Source: a virus
Taxonomy: Duplodnaviria; Caudoviricetes
Virus record (IMG/VR): IMGVR_UViG_3300025867_000005
Length of the DNA stretch: 64,000 nt
Reading direction: 5' to 3' (one strand)
The notes under the pieces are model-generated. The model was not told the DNA's origin. It did not search any database and saw only the letters and a program-made list of their open reading frames with translations. Of this stretch, positions 9,774 to 20,368 are shown in pieces. Numbering within the stretch: position 1 is the first letter of the stretch; every line of letters starts with the position of its first letter. The translations under genes and the position numbers were made by a program.

Positions 9774-10085
9774 ATGAAACTTAGACTTAAAATTTCATCC
9801 ACTGACGCAAGAATGGCAGATTCAACGATTTCAGACATCTTGGATTACCTTGCTGGTATCGGTCTAAAGGATTCCGTAATCGGACCGATTCCTTTACCTG
9901 TCAGACTTTCAGGGAATGGTAAGCGTGGGATTGTAGCCGGATTCATGCCTGTCTATTCCCGTATTCTTGATGTTGAAATGGGGTCTGTAACAGATTTTGA
10001 AAAGCGGTCTGAACTACTTTTGGCTTTTCAGAAACTGTGTATTTCTAACCAAGTCGGAATCATGATGGAGGAAATCAAACGATGA
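9774..10085 (+). CDS. diverged ribosomal protein uS10 / NusE-like protein
   Basis: KLRLKISSTDARMAD...GPIPLP-R...YSRILDV...FQKL---NQVGIM aligns by eye with uS10 RIRIRLKAFDHRLID...GPIPLPTR...HLRLVDI...LMRL---AGVDVQ; 103 aa. Confidence 0.7.
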   Translation: MKLRLKISSTDARMADSTISDILDYLAGIGLKDSVIGPIPLPVRLSGNGKRGIVAGFMPVYSRILDVEMGSVTDFEKRSELLLAFQKLCISNQVGIMMEEIKR

Positions 10086-10279
10086 AGTATAAATCTTGTG
10101 CGCAATGGAATAGTGCCGAAACCGGAATTGAATACAGTGAAGATTTTCATGCTTCTCCGGAAGCCGCAGAATCTGTTTGTCGAATGTTAAAAAGACAGGG
10201 TTTTGGTGGTCAAGGCAAGTTCTTCCCCGTCAGGACTTGGACAGAACCGTTTGCGGAATTCGATTACGAAAAGTCTTGA
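10082..10279 (+). CDS. hypothetical protein
   Basis: GGAGG SD, ATGA overlap. Confidence 0.7.
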   Translation: MKYKSCAQWNSAETGIEYSEDFHASPEAAESVCRMLKRQGFGGQGKFFPVRTWTEPFAEFDYEKS

Positions 10280-10377
10280 AATTAAAGGATTCGATTTAGA
10301 AGTTTTTGAGAGGACATTCGAAAAGAACTGGGAATTTGTTTGTAAATACGTTGTATCATAATTGAAAGGAACAAAAA

Positions 10378-10611
10378 ATGGGACAGCATAAACGAGGGAC
10401 ATTCGAAGAGCGCAAACAGAAGGCTATTGAAAACAAAGCCAAACTTGAAAAAGAGACACTGGCTTTGGAAGAAGAGGCGAAGCGCAAGGCTCAGGAATGG
10501 TGGGCCGGACTTTCTGAAGAAGATCGTGAAAAGGAAATTCTGAAAGAAAAGAAATATCTTGAATTCCGACGGATGATGAATATGATTCTGCATCCGGCAA
10601 TGAGGCTTTAA
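10378..10611 (+). CDS. hypothetical charged helical protein
   Basis: GAAAGGA SD; MGQHKRGTFEERK. Confidence 0.75.
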   Translation: MGQHKRGTFEERKQKAIENKAKLEKETLALEEEAKRKAQEWWAGLSEEDREKEILKEKKYLEFRRMMNMILHPAMRL

Positions 10612-10614
10612 ACC

Positions 10615-10815
10615 ATGCCTACACAAGACCTGATACTCGGCGTGAAATACAGACATGATAAGTCTGATACCGTGATGAAAATCGAATCTGCAAGTGTGGA
10701 AGATCTTGATGACTGGATAACTCTAGTCAAACCAGAAGATTTCGCAAAAAGAGGATTTATACAAACGTGGAGAGGTACTTGTCAGGAATTCAGAGAAAAC
10801 TGGACGGAGGTTTAA
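10615..10815 (+). CDS. hypothetical protein
   Basis: packed ORF. Confidence 0.65.
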   Translation: MPTQDLILGVKYRHDKSDTVMKIESASVEDLDDWITLVKPEDFAKRGFIQTWRGTCQEFRENWTEV

Positions 10816-10816
10816 T

Positions 10817-11335
10817 ATGAATATTGATCTTACGGCGGTTTTACCGCCTTGGACAACTGGATATGCGGAAGGAGATTACACTAAAATCGGTGCTGTTCTT
10901 CCGACTAGGGATGGCAATCTTTTCGGGAATGCCGTTTTGATGTTCGAAGGCCAAAGCGGCATGTATGTAGACGGTGATTCAACAAGACCCGTGTCCGTTT
11001 ATACCATCATTACGGACGCAGGCAATTTGTCGGAACTGACACTTAGTGAATTGAAGGACGCCTTTCACCCTCCTATTTACATTACTGATATCAGGGATTG
11101 CCCGGCGTCAAGAGCTTACGAATACAAGAAGGGGATAATTGGCCAGCCACCCCGCGAAAAGGACATCAACAATGAACTCCTTGCGTCTTTGGAAGAGACA
11201 AGAAGGTTGCTTGGTCTTGTTACTTTTCTGTCAAGGAACTGTCATAATCATCCAGACAAAGAATCGGTTGACGGTATCAATGCCGTGCTCCGAAGAGCAA
11301 GAGAAGCTTGCGAATTAGCCCAAAAATCTCTTTAA
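10817..11335 (+). CDS. hypothetical phage protein
   Basis: GGAGG SD. Confidence 0.75.
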   Translation: MNIDLTAVLPPWTTGYAEGDYTKIGAVLPTRDGNLFGNAVLMFEGQSGMYVDGDSTRPVSVYTIITDAGNLSELTLSELKDAFHPPIYITDIRDCPASRAYEYKKGIIGQPPREKDINNELLASLEETRRLLGLVTFLSRNCHNHPDKESVDGINAVLRRAREACELAQKSL

Positions 11336-11341
11336 TCCTAG

Positions 11342-11370
11342 TTGACAAACGGAATCGGTTTTGCTAATAT
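11342..11370 (+). promoter_or_regulatory. sigma70-like early promoter
   Basis: TTGACA-17-TAATAT, TG extension. Confidence 0.8.
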
Positions 11371-11381
11371 CTTCAACATGA

Positions 11382-13334
<1,953 letters not shown>

Positions 13335-13349
13335 AGGATAGGTGAAATT

Positions 13350-13850
13350 ATGGATTGGAAATGGTTTATTGAACGTGCGGAAGAAATAAACGACCCTAAC
13401 GTAAAAGTCAGGATCTCTGTCGAAACAGAAAACGGATTTAGTAAATCTATGGATTTGACTGACTTTGTAGATTTCGTTTCTCAGTGTCAGAAAATCACAG
13501 ATTTTTCTAATCAAAACGGTCTCGATCCAAATACTTCTTTCGCAGATGCCGTAGGCTTGGGTATGGGGCTTATAAGGGAAAAGGCCTTTATTTCAAATAT
13601 CAAGAAGGGGTTGTCTTTAAAATACCCCGATCTCTATATTCGAATTGAATGGCATGAAGCCAATGAATACTTTATTGGTTTCTACGGATTTGAAGGAGAT
13701 GAAAAGGAAGTAGTGATCTTTTTGGACAATCTTCAGGAGACATTTGACAAAGACGAGAACTTTTATCTCTTGCCGTTTTTTCACACCTGCGAAGCTACCA
13801 AACGATATTATCCAAAATACGTCGGGAAAAAAGGCGTGGAAACTTTTTAG
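13350..13850 (+). CDS. hypothetical protein
   Basis: AGGTG SD. Confidence 0.7.
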   Translation: MDWKWFIERAEEINDPNVKVRISVETENGFSKSMDLTDFVDFVSQCQKITDFSNQNGLDPNTSFADAVGLGMGLIREKAFISNIKKGLSLKYPDLYIRIEWHEANEYFIGFYGFEGDEKEVVIFLDNLQETFDKDENFYLLPFFHTCEATKRYYPKYVGKKGVETF

Positions 13851-13899
13851 TCAAGCGAGTAAACAACAGAAACAGTCAACGTTAACGAAAGGAATTAAA

Positions 13900-14142
13900 A
13901 TGAAAATTGTAGCCGGAAGGTACGGAGAAGAGGAAAAGGAAATTGGGTTTAATCGTGTTAGGTTCGTTACTCCTGACGGGCATGGGATGTTTGAAGTCAA
14001 AATCGGCGATGATGGTGTCTCTATTGAGATTAGAGGGATTGAAAGCAGTTTCGTAAACGGGACAGTGTATACAGACGCACTTAACATCGAGCCAAATTGT
14101 TCAAATGTCGTGACAATTCGCACAAAAAAGTATGAGGGATAA
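13900..14142 (+). CDS. hypothetical protein
   Basis: AAAGGA SD before ATG 13900. Confidence 0.7.
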   Translation: MKIVAGRYGEEEKEIGFNRVRFVTPDGHGMFEVKIGDDGVSIEIRGIESSFVNGTVYTDALNIEPNCSNVVTIRTKKYEG

Positions 14143-14144
14143 AT

Positions 14145-14744
14145 ATGTATTTCAAGAATCTCGCAAGCAAAACCTATAACCCTGCTACCGATGATGTAAT
14201 TCGTGAAGAATTGGCATTCGCCGGTATCCCTCCTTATGACGGGTATGAAGAAGATTTCATACTCAATTTGACAGAGAAGTCAGAAGTTCAAACGAAAGTC
14301 ATTGCATTTTGGAACCTTTGGGAATTCCGCAGGGCTTGGAGATACTGGGTTTGTACTAGTAAATATGGTCTTCCTCTTGAATACGCCCTTCCTCTTCATC
14401 TTAATTTCGGAAGGGAAGTCAGGGTTGACGGAGATTGCGGTTGCCATAGTCCAGAAACCCGTATGGGATTTGGCATCACCTGTTATCACATTGACACTGC
14501 TGAAGGGTTGAAAGCCTTTGCAGATACCCTTAAGAAAATTGTAGAGGGTTCTAAATTTCCTAAAGTAATATGCGACGGCGAAGGAAAGAGGTATAACAGG
14601 ATTCATGTCAATGAAACCAACGGAAGCGCATCGTATGACAGTGATGGAACCGTTTTGGTGGTGAGTTACAGAAATACTGTTAGCGGAATCCGATATCTTG
14701 AAAAACATGGAGGCAGCGATACGCTTTTTGCTGTCGAACTTTAA
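14145..14744 (+). CDS. hypothetical phage protein
   Basis: 199-aa ORF, WEFRRAWRYW / YHIDT motifs. Confidence 0.75.
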   Translation: MYFKNLASKTYNPATDDVIREELAFAGIPPYDGYEEDFILNLTEKSEVQTKVIAFWNLWEFRRAWRYWVCTSKYGLPLEYALPLHLNFGREVRVDGDCGCHSPETRMGFGITCYHIDTAEGLKAFADTLKKIVEGSKFPKVICDGEGKRYNRIHVNETNGSASYDSDGTVLVVSYRNTVSGIRYLEKHGGSDTLFAVEL

Positions 14745-14745
14745 A

Positions 14746-14892
14746 TGAATGAAACGATAAAGAACGAAGGATTCATATTCCGCATAGTTCAGAAATTCTA
14801 TGTCATGCCGCCAAAATGGAAGCCTGGGAAGCATGTATTCAATAGGGATTTATGTTTCCATCCTCATATAAGCGACTACCTTGACATTTAAA
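14746..14892 (+). CDS. small hypothetical protein (48 aa)
   Basis: hand-translated MNETIKNEGFIFRIVQ...YLDI fills the gap. Confidence 0.4.
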
Positions 14893-14909
14893 AGAGATTC
14901 TGGTAAGAT
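14881..14909 (+). promoter_or_regulatory. sigma70-like early promoter
   Basis: TTGACA-17-TAAGAT, TG extension. Confidence 0.8.
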
Positions 14910-14933
14910 AGGCGGCATTGAAAGGATTTTACT

Positions 14934-15410
14934 ATGCAGTATAGCGCAGGAGTTTTGGTTTACCGTTTGAATCAGGAATTTAAGCCCGAATTTCTTCTTG
15001 CACATCCGGGTGGCCCGTATTACGCAGGCACTGATGAAAATTCTTGGAGTATCCCCAAGGGTGGAATTAACGAAGGTGAAGATGTAGAAGTTTGCGCAAG
15101 GCGTGAATTCAATGAGGAAACCAGCTTCACGGCTCCAGACAGTCTTCAGTTTTTGGGCGCTTTTAAGGTTCATCACACAAAGATCGTCAATGTTTTCATG
15201 GGAAGCGGAGATTTTGAACTCAGCGGTTTCAAAAGCAATACGTTTGAAATGGACTATTGCGGAAGAGTTGTCAATATTCCTGAAATCGAAAAGGTTGAAT
15301 GGCTTTGCTATGAAGATGCCTTGAAGAAGGCCAATCACGGACAGAAGCAAATCATCAAAGCCGCCATGCAAGTTATCAAAGAAAGCATCGGGTATCTCTG
15401 GGGAGACTAA
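14934..15410 (+). CDS. NUDIX hydrolase
   Basis: SAG, HPGGP, WSIPKG...ARREFNEET Nudix box. Confidence 0.92.
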   Translation: MQYSAGVLVYRLNQEFKPEFLLAHPGGPYYAGTDENSWSIPKGGINEGEDVEVCARREFNEETSFTAPDSLQFLGAFKVHHTKIVNVFMGSGDFELSGFKSNTFEMDYCGRVVNIPEIEKVEWLCYEDALKKANHGQKQIIKAAMQVIKESIGYLWGD

Positions 15411-15607
15411 TGCAACCTTTAGGAAGACGGAAACAAAAACACTTCGTTGGAAAGATTAACCGCAGATTCGGAAAGAAGCTTCTGAATTGGTGGGAAAACA
15501 GCATCCTTCCTTTTAAGGTTAGGGACAAAAAAGAAGCGGATAAACGGATTTCAGAAGAACTTTCTGAAAATACTTTTGTTGACACTATTGACAATTCTGA
15601 CAAGTAG
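15410..15607 (+). CDS. small basic hypothetical protein
   Basis: GGAG SD, TAATG overlap. Confidence 0.65.
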   Translation: MQPLGRRKQKHFVGKINRRFGKKLLNWWENSILPFKVRDKKEADKRISEELSENTFVDTIDNSDK

Positions 15608-15616
15608 TGGTATAGT
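15588..15616 (+). promoter_or_regulatory. sigma70-like early promoter
   Basis: TTGACA-17-TATAGT, TG extension. Confidence 0.8.
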
Positions 15617-15659
15617 ACCTGTATTGATGAACGGAAAACCGTTAACGAAGGAATTTGAA

Positions 15660-16031
15660 ATGAAAAAAATCAATACGGGTCTCGTCGGACAAGCAGCTTT
15701 CGTCGTGATGAACGATGTGATGGGTCAGTTGAGCGATGGTCTCTGGGAAAATTCCAGCTGTATGGAAAAGTATTGGAAGAATTCCAAGATCGAGATTGAC
15801 GATGGCGAAATCTTTATCAATGTCGGTGATTCTTTTAATTGCCCGTTTAATGACATGGCGGACAAAGAAGTCAAAGCTTGGTTTGCCAAGAAGATCAAGC
15901 AGGTTGTTAAGTATTTCGAACAGCCTTGGAAGCGGGATTGCAGGAATCAGGTGGACGGATTCTCTGATTCTCTTACCGTAGCGGACATCTACCGCGTTTA
16001 TGACACCCTTCTTGAGCGTAAGGCCCGGTAA
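15660..16031 (+). CDS. hypothetical phage protein
   Basis: AAGGA SD; GQLSDGLWEN motif. Confidence 0.75.
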   Translation: MKKINTGLVGQAAFVVMNDVMGQLSDGLWENSSCMEKYWKNSKIEIDDGEIFINVGDSFNCPFNDMADKEVKAWFAKKIKQVVKYFEQPWKRDCRNQVDGFSDSLTVADIYRVYDTLLERKAR

Positions 16032-16035
16032 CAGA

Positions 16036-16572
16036 TTATCCCGATACCTTATACGCGGCTGTTCTTAAAACCTGTTCCTGTTTCAGAAATTCCAGCATTT
16101 GGAGAAAGCGATTGTAGTCTCCGGTGCTGGAATATTTCCCTTTGTGCCTTTTAAAGAACACGAAGCTTTTGTCACTTCTTTCCAAACTTTGAATTCGGTT
16201 TTGATCTTCAGAAAGGCTGACATAGAAAAGCTTGGCATTGGGGCAATATGTTTGAATCCGATGGAAATCAGAATTTACTTTCGTTCTGGAATCGGCTATC
16301 AAACCCGACTTCTTTACTTCAAAACAAGCGATGACTTCTTCTGGCCTATAAATTAGATCCAGATAGGGGTCTGGGGTGTATGATACAATCAGAAGGTCTA
16401 CTTCAATCGGAACGTCTACGATGAAGGAATTTGGCTTGCTGGTCGTTAAACCGGCTTCCTGACAAACATTTCTTAAAAGCTCGGTAACAACGGCACCTGA
16501 AAATTTCTTGGAAGAATATCCCAATTTCTTTTCTGCTTCTGAAACCGTCTTCAAGAATTCCAAATCAGTCAT
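16036..16572 (-). CDS. PD-(D/E)xK nuclease-like protein
   Basis: E...IEVDLLIV...FEVK catalytic pattern. Confidence 0.6.
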   Translation of the reverse strand: MTDLEFLKTVSEAEKKLGYSSKKFSGAVVTELLRNVCQEAGLTTSKPNSFIVDVPIEVDLLIVSYTPDPYLDLIYRPEEVIACFEVKKSGLIADSRTKVNSDFHRIQTYCPNAKLFYVSLSEDQNRIQSLERSDKSFVFFKRHKGKYSSTGDYNRFLQMLEFLKQEQVLRTAAYKVSG

Positions 16573-16796
16573 TATTGCTTAGATTCTCTGTTGATTTCTT
16601 TAATCGTCAATTCGATTTCATCACAACTGTACTTCATTTGACGAATCCTGGCATTAGGAATCCAAATTCCCTCTACACCGTCCCTGGTCATACTGACGGC
16701 TTTAAGATTACCGTCATTGTAGCGATAAACGGTTCTTACACAACCGCTGCTGAACAAAGACAAGATAACGGCGGCTAAAACAATCAACTTTTTCAT
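16572..16796 (-). CDS. putative lipoprotein
   Basis: MKKLIVLAAVILSLFSSG-C lipobox-like. Confidence 0.7.
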   Translation of the reverse strand: MKKLIVLAAVILSLFSSGCVRTVYRYNDGNLKAVSMTRDGVEGIWIPNARIRQMKYSCDEIELTIKEINRESKQ

Positions 16797-16798
16797 AA

Positions 16799-17248
16799 TT
16801 AGTATTCTCCTTGGACAAGCATTCTTAGGTATTCCATAGATTCTTCATGTTCGGTATAAATGACACTCGCAGCCTCCAAAACAAAAGCATGCCTATGTAC
16901 ATTTATTTCCGGAAGGGTTAAAACGATGTGCTTGTGAAGGTGCTTTCCCCAAGCAAGTTCCATCATACTTCCGATGCTTACCATATTCGCCAAACTAAGA
17001 TTCGCATACAGGACATCAGCTTGTTCAACCATCCAATGATCTCGGTCAAAGATCGCATGATTAGTCGTGCATGGATTTTTATAATCAGAGGATCTGAATT
17101 CTTTTTCACAACGCAAGAAGCTTTTTCCGTACATCGGTGTCAAAACCTGATATCCGAATGCTTCTAGACGCTTCTGATTTTTCTTGTAGTAATTGAATAC
17201 GGTTTCTGCGCTGAGTCCGGAAATAGGGTGTACCATGTAGATTTTCAT
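16799..17248 (-). CDS. nucleoside 2-deoxyribosyltransferase-like (Rossmann) protein
   Basis: KIYMVHPI, IFDRD..V..AD, SIGSMMELAW motifs. Confidence 0.75.
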   Translation of the reverse strand: MKIYMVHPISGLSAETVFNYYKKNQKRLEAFGYQVLTPMYGKSFLRCEKEFRSSDYKNPCTTNHAIFDRDHWMVEQADVLYANLSLANMVSIGSMMELAWGKHLHKHIVLTLPEINVHRHAFVLEAASVIYTEHEESMEYLRMLVQGEY

Positions 17249-17258
17249 TATTCTCCTT

Positions 17259-17549
17259 TTACCGATAAGGGTTTTTATCCCTGCCGGTTTTCCTGTCGGT
17301 CTTGAACACCTTTTCAACCGGATGTTTCAAAAGCCATTTGACAAAGCGTTGATATTCTTCTGTTGACCTGATGCTTTCAACAGAATTATAGAAATCCCTT
17401 AGCCGATTATTCTCCCAAGTCTTATGAATGAAATTATGGCAACTTCCACAAGCCGGGATAGTATCCTTCCCGTCCTTCGATTTCGGAACAAGATGATGGT
17501 ATTGAATCAGTTCTTCCGGGATATCCCGTTTACAAAAACTACATTTCAT
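17259..17549 (-). CDS. HNH endonuclease family protein
   Basis: CSFC..HHLVPK..CGSCH..IH. Confidence 0.8.
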   Translation of the reverse strand: MKCSFCKRDIPEELIQYHHLVPKSKDGKDTIPACGSCHNFIHKTWENNRLRDFYNSVESIRSTEEYQRFVKWLLKHPVEKVFKTDRKTGRDKNPYR

Positions 17550-17875
17550 TTCTGTTTCCAATACCTGCATCCGAAGCTTTGCATAACATAAAGACCCTTG
17601 TTGTCTGCTGGAATACATGAATTATCCATTTCCAAAGCCAATTGGATAATTTTACAGAGACCTCCAAGCTGCCAGCCGCCTTCTTTTACGATATCCGTGT
17701 GCCATTTGAGTCTCTTAAAGTGCTTGCAACTTCCACAACACTGAGGATCTTCTTGAATCAGAGATTCCCTAATCTCTTTTTCAGATTTCCCGTTTAGGAT
17801 ATCAGAACTACAGGAACGTTTTGTATTTAAAGAAAATCGGTCAAATTCTGCCTGAATGTCATCTTCCGTGATCAT
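17546..17875 (-). CDS. Cys-rich hypothetical protein
   Basis: CCGSCKHF..C..C pattern; coupled. Confidence 0.7.
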   Translation of the reverse strand: MITEDDIQAEFDRFSLNTKRSCSSDILNGKSEKEIRESLIQEDPQCCGSCKHFKRLKWHTDIVKEGGWQLGGLCKIIQLALEMDNSCIPADNKGLYVMQSFGCRYWKQK

Positions 17876-19014
17876 AGATGAATCCCGTTTTTTGCTTTCA
17901 ACCAATTGACATATGCCTGATTTTCGCACATTCCCTTACCGGCATCATCGCTGATTTTGGCAACAGCTTGGCCGTCGAATTCCAGCATCTTCATAACGAT
18001 GTTCAATCCCTTGACACACAGATCATAGGTAAAGTCAGTTCCGATTCCGAAATAGATGTTACGGAACTTGCCGTAAAACACATCCACAAGCTTGAAGACC
18101 ATTTCCGGATTGAGGCTGTCGCTGAAACAGACATCCTTCGTACGGGGATCGATGCCCATGTTTTCGTAATGACCTAACACCTTGCTTCCCCAAGAGAAGG
18201 GACAACCGCTGTCATGCCGGACACCCGTATATAGGTTGGAAAGTTCCTCGTCGAATTCGCGAAGAAAGCAATCAATACCGAGGCAATCCGTCAAGGCAAT
18301 GCCGTACTTACCCTTGTATTCGTTTGCCCAAGCCCGAAGGATGAATGCCTGAGTCTTGGTAATGTCGGGGCTTAGAACCTGTCCTGCTTCTTCGATTTCA
18401 TGCGCCATAGTCCCGATACAAGGATAACCGCGTTCAATGGCCAAACCGATATTGCTGGTCCCGACGAAAGCATTCAAGTTCTTTGCAAGGTAATCCGTTA
18501 CCTCTGTATGCCAAGCCTTGCTGAAAGCCCTTCTGGTTCCCATTTCAATAAACCCGATTCCCTTTATAGGAAGCCCGTTGTAAAGCCTGACTTTCTTTTC
18601 AAGGCGCTTCCTGCCGTCAACAAGGATATCCTTGTTATTCGTCCAGCCGTTACGATCCGACCAAGCTTCCTGAATCTTGGAAAGGCTGTCGATTTCAAAC
18701 CAAGTCGCGTCTTCTACGTAACCACTGACACGATAGTCAAGATCCCCGTTCTTGTCTCTGCAAACAACATCACATGGCGAAAGGTTCATAAAGGAATCAG
18801 CATCGGCGATTCCCTTCCCTTTTAGGTATTCTGCCTGTCCCTTTGCACAGATCATAGGAGGAAGCTGCGGACCTGTGGGAAACAGATCGGCAAGACAGCC
18901 CAGCTTCTGGTCGCCGCGACTTTTGAAACCGAAAGTACAGGTATGCTTCCTGACTCCGAATTGCCGACGATAGACATTTGCCATCGTCGCCTTGTAAAAA
19001 TCCTGTCTGTTCAT
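17872..19014 (-). CDS. pncB: nicotinate phosphoribosyltransferase
   Basis: DFYK..M, EMGTRR, GTSN, GTMAHE, LTD, GVRHDSG, FSDSL, FGIGT, NIVMK, KISD..GK. Confidence 0.93.
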   Translation of the reverse strand: MNRQDFYKATMANVYRRQFGVRKHTCTFGFKSRGDQKLGCLADLFPTGPQLPPMICAKGQAEYLKGKGIADADSFMNLSPCDVVCRDKNGDLDYRVSGYVEDATWFEIDSLSKIQEAWSDRNGWTNNKDILVDGRKRLEKKVRLYNGLPIKGIGFIEMGTRRAFSKAWHTEVTDYLAKNLNAFVGTSNIGLAIERGYPCIGTMAHEIEEAGQVLSPDITKTQAFILRAWANEYKGKYGIALTDCLGIDCFLREFDEELSNLYTGVRHDSGCPFSWGSKVLGHYENMGIDPRTKDVCFSDSLNPEMVFKLVDVFYGKFRNIYFGIGTDFTYDLCVKGLNIVMKMLEFDGQAVAKISDDAGKGMCENQAYVNWLKAKNGIHL

Positions 19015-19019
19015 TATTT

Positions 19020-19751
19020 TCAGCCTTTCCAGTTATAGCTTTCGGTGAAAACAACACCTTTTTCCTTCATCTGTTTCGTCCATTCAGTCATGTCGAATCC
19101 GGGAATCGGGCTTGTGCAATCATTAAACACGATAATCTGAGTTTTGTCAAGTACATCGAAGTACTTCACCATATCGTCTACGGTTTGCTTGACACAGTGG
19201 CTAAGAGCTTCCCCGCAAACAAGAACCCTGTCATATCCGGAAATGTCTTTCAGAACATCCAGATTCTTACCCCTGCTAAAGGCGCTGTGCATTTCGAACC
19301 GGATATCCTGACCCTTTTCAACGAACCGGATGGGTTTGCCACATTTGACTTGCCAGTCATTGAGAACCGTCATCAAAGGAGTATAAACGCAATATCCGTG
19401 ATCTCCTTTAATGCAGTGTTCCGGCCAAATCATAACTGGTCCGTTCTTCTTAATGTCTGCCTTGACATAGACTTCACAGAAGCGAGGGGTAATCTTCTTA
19501 AGCATCACCTTGTCAACAAAGGTAAACGGTTTGACCTCACTTCCATCCTTCATTTGCCAGAAGCTTGGATGTCCGACGTGGATAACGCTATGGGCATCGA
19601 GACTGATCAAAACATCATCAATCTCTTTGCCATAAACCCCGATGAAGGAAATAAGCCTTGCCATATCCTGCTTGGCATTAGGAACCGGCAACATTCCGTT
19701 TTCTAAAACGAAATCATTCTGCGGATCAACAATAAACAGCAAATTCTTCAT
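19020..19751 (-). CDS. pncA: nicotinamidase (isochorismatase family)
   Basis: VDPQNDF, LDAH, WPEHC, KG, SAF, GEALSHCV. Confidence 0.9.
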   Translation of the reverse strand: MKNLLFIVDPQNDFVLENGMLPVPNAKQDMARLISFIGVYGKEIDDVLISLDAHSVIHVGHPSFWQMKDGSEVKPFTFVDKVMLKKITPRFCEVYVKADIKKNGPVMIWPEHCIKGDHGYCVYTPLMTVLNDWQVKCGKPIRFVEKGQDIRFEMHSAFSRGKNLDVLKDISGYDRVLVCGEALSHCVKQTVDDMVKYFDVLDKTQIIVFNDCTSPIPGFDMTEWTKQMKEKGVVFTESYNWKG

Positions 19752-20178
19752 TTTTCTCCTTATTCGTTTTCAGATTCACTGAAAGGATATTATCAAAACC
19801 TGACGTTGTTGTCAATGGTTTCCAGCACTTAATAGGGATGATGCCTTCCGGTATCTGATACATTGAGGAAAGCCAGAAGATAGAATCTTCTACAGGCTTA
19901 TCCTTACGCCTTTGGGAATTAGAAAGACACTGGCAGGGATCGTTTTCAAAGAAGATGTATTCGGTTTCAAAATCCCCATACCGTTCTCTAAGAACTTCTT
20001 CACCCTCTTCCCTTGTTTTCAATACACAGAGCATCGGATCTGAAACGACTAGCAAATCCACCCTTTCCAGAGGGAAGTCATCTAATCCTTTCGGATCATC
20101 GACAAGAACGCCACCAATGGTTTTGGCATAGCTAGTTTTCCCGCTTCCCGGCAGCCCCACGACAAATATAATCTTCAT
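19726..20178 (-). CDS. P-loop kinase (PNK/AAA_33-like)
   Basis: GLPGSGKT Walker A, DD, C..N..R lid. Confidence 0.75.
   Translation of the reverse strand: MKIIFVVGLPGSGKTSYAKTIGGVLVDDPKGLDDFPLERVDLLVVSDPMLCVLKTREEGEEVLRERYGDFETEYIFFENDPCQCLSNSQRRKDKPVEDSIFWLSSMYQIPEGIIPIKCWKPLTTTSGFDNILSVNLKTNKEKNEEFAVYC
19787..19815 (-). promoter_or_regulatory. sigma70-like early promoter for pncA-pncB
   Basis: TTGACA-17-TAATAT, TG extension. Confidence 0.8.
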
Positions 20179-20181
20179 ATC

Positions 20182-20367
20182 TTACCAAATAGGGTCGCCA
20201 CAGTCAGAATTTTTCACAAAGATATCTTCACCTCTGAAGCGAATCCGATATCCTGCGTCTTGAATCCCGTATACGTGATAATGGTCAGACGGGACAAGAA
20301 CGGTTCTGTCATCTCCCACATATTTGATAACCCGACAAAGAGTGTCTTCTCCTAAGAAAATCGTCAT
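20182..20367 (-). CDS. hypothetical protein
   Basis: ATG right after the TPM gene stop. Confidence 0.6.
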   Translation of the reverse strand: MTIFLGEDTLCRVIKYVGDDRTVLVPSDHYHVYGIQDAGYRIRFRGEDIFVKNSDCGDPIW

Positions 20368-20368
20368 T

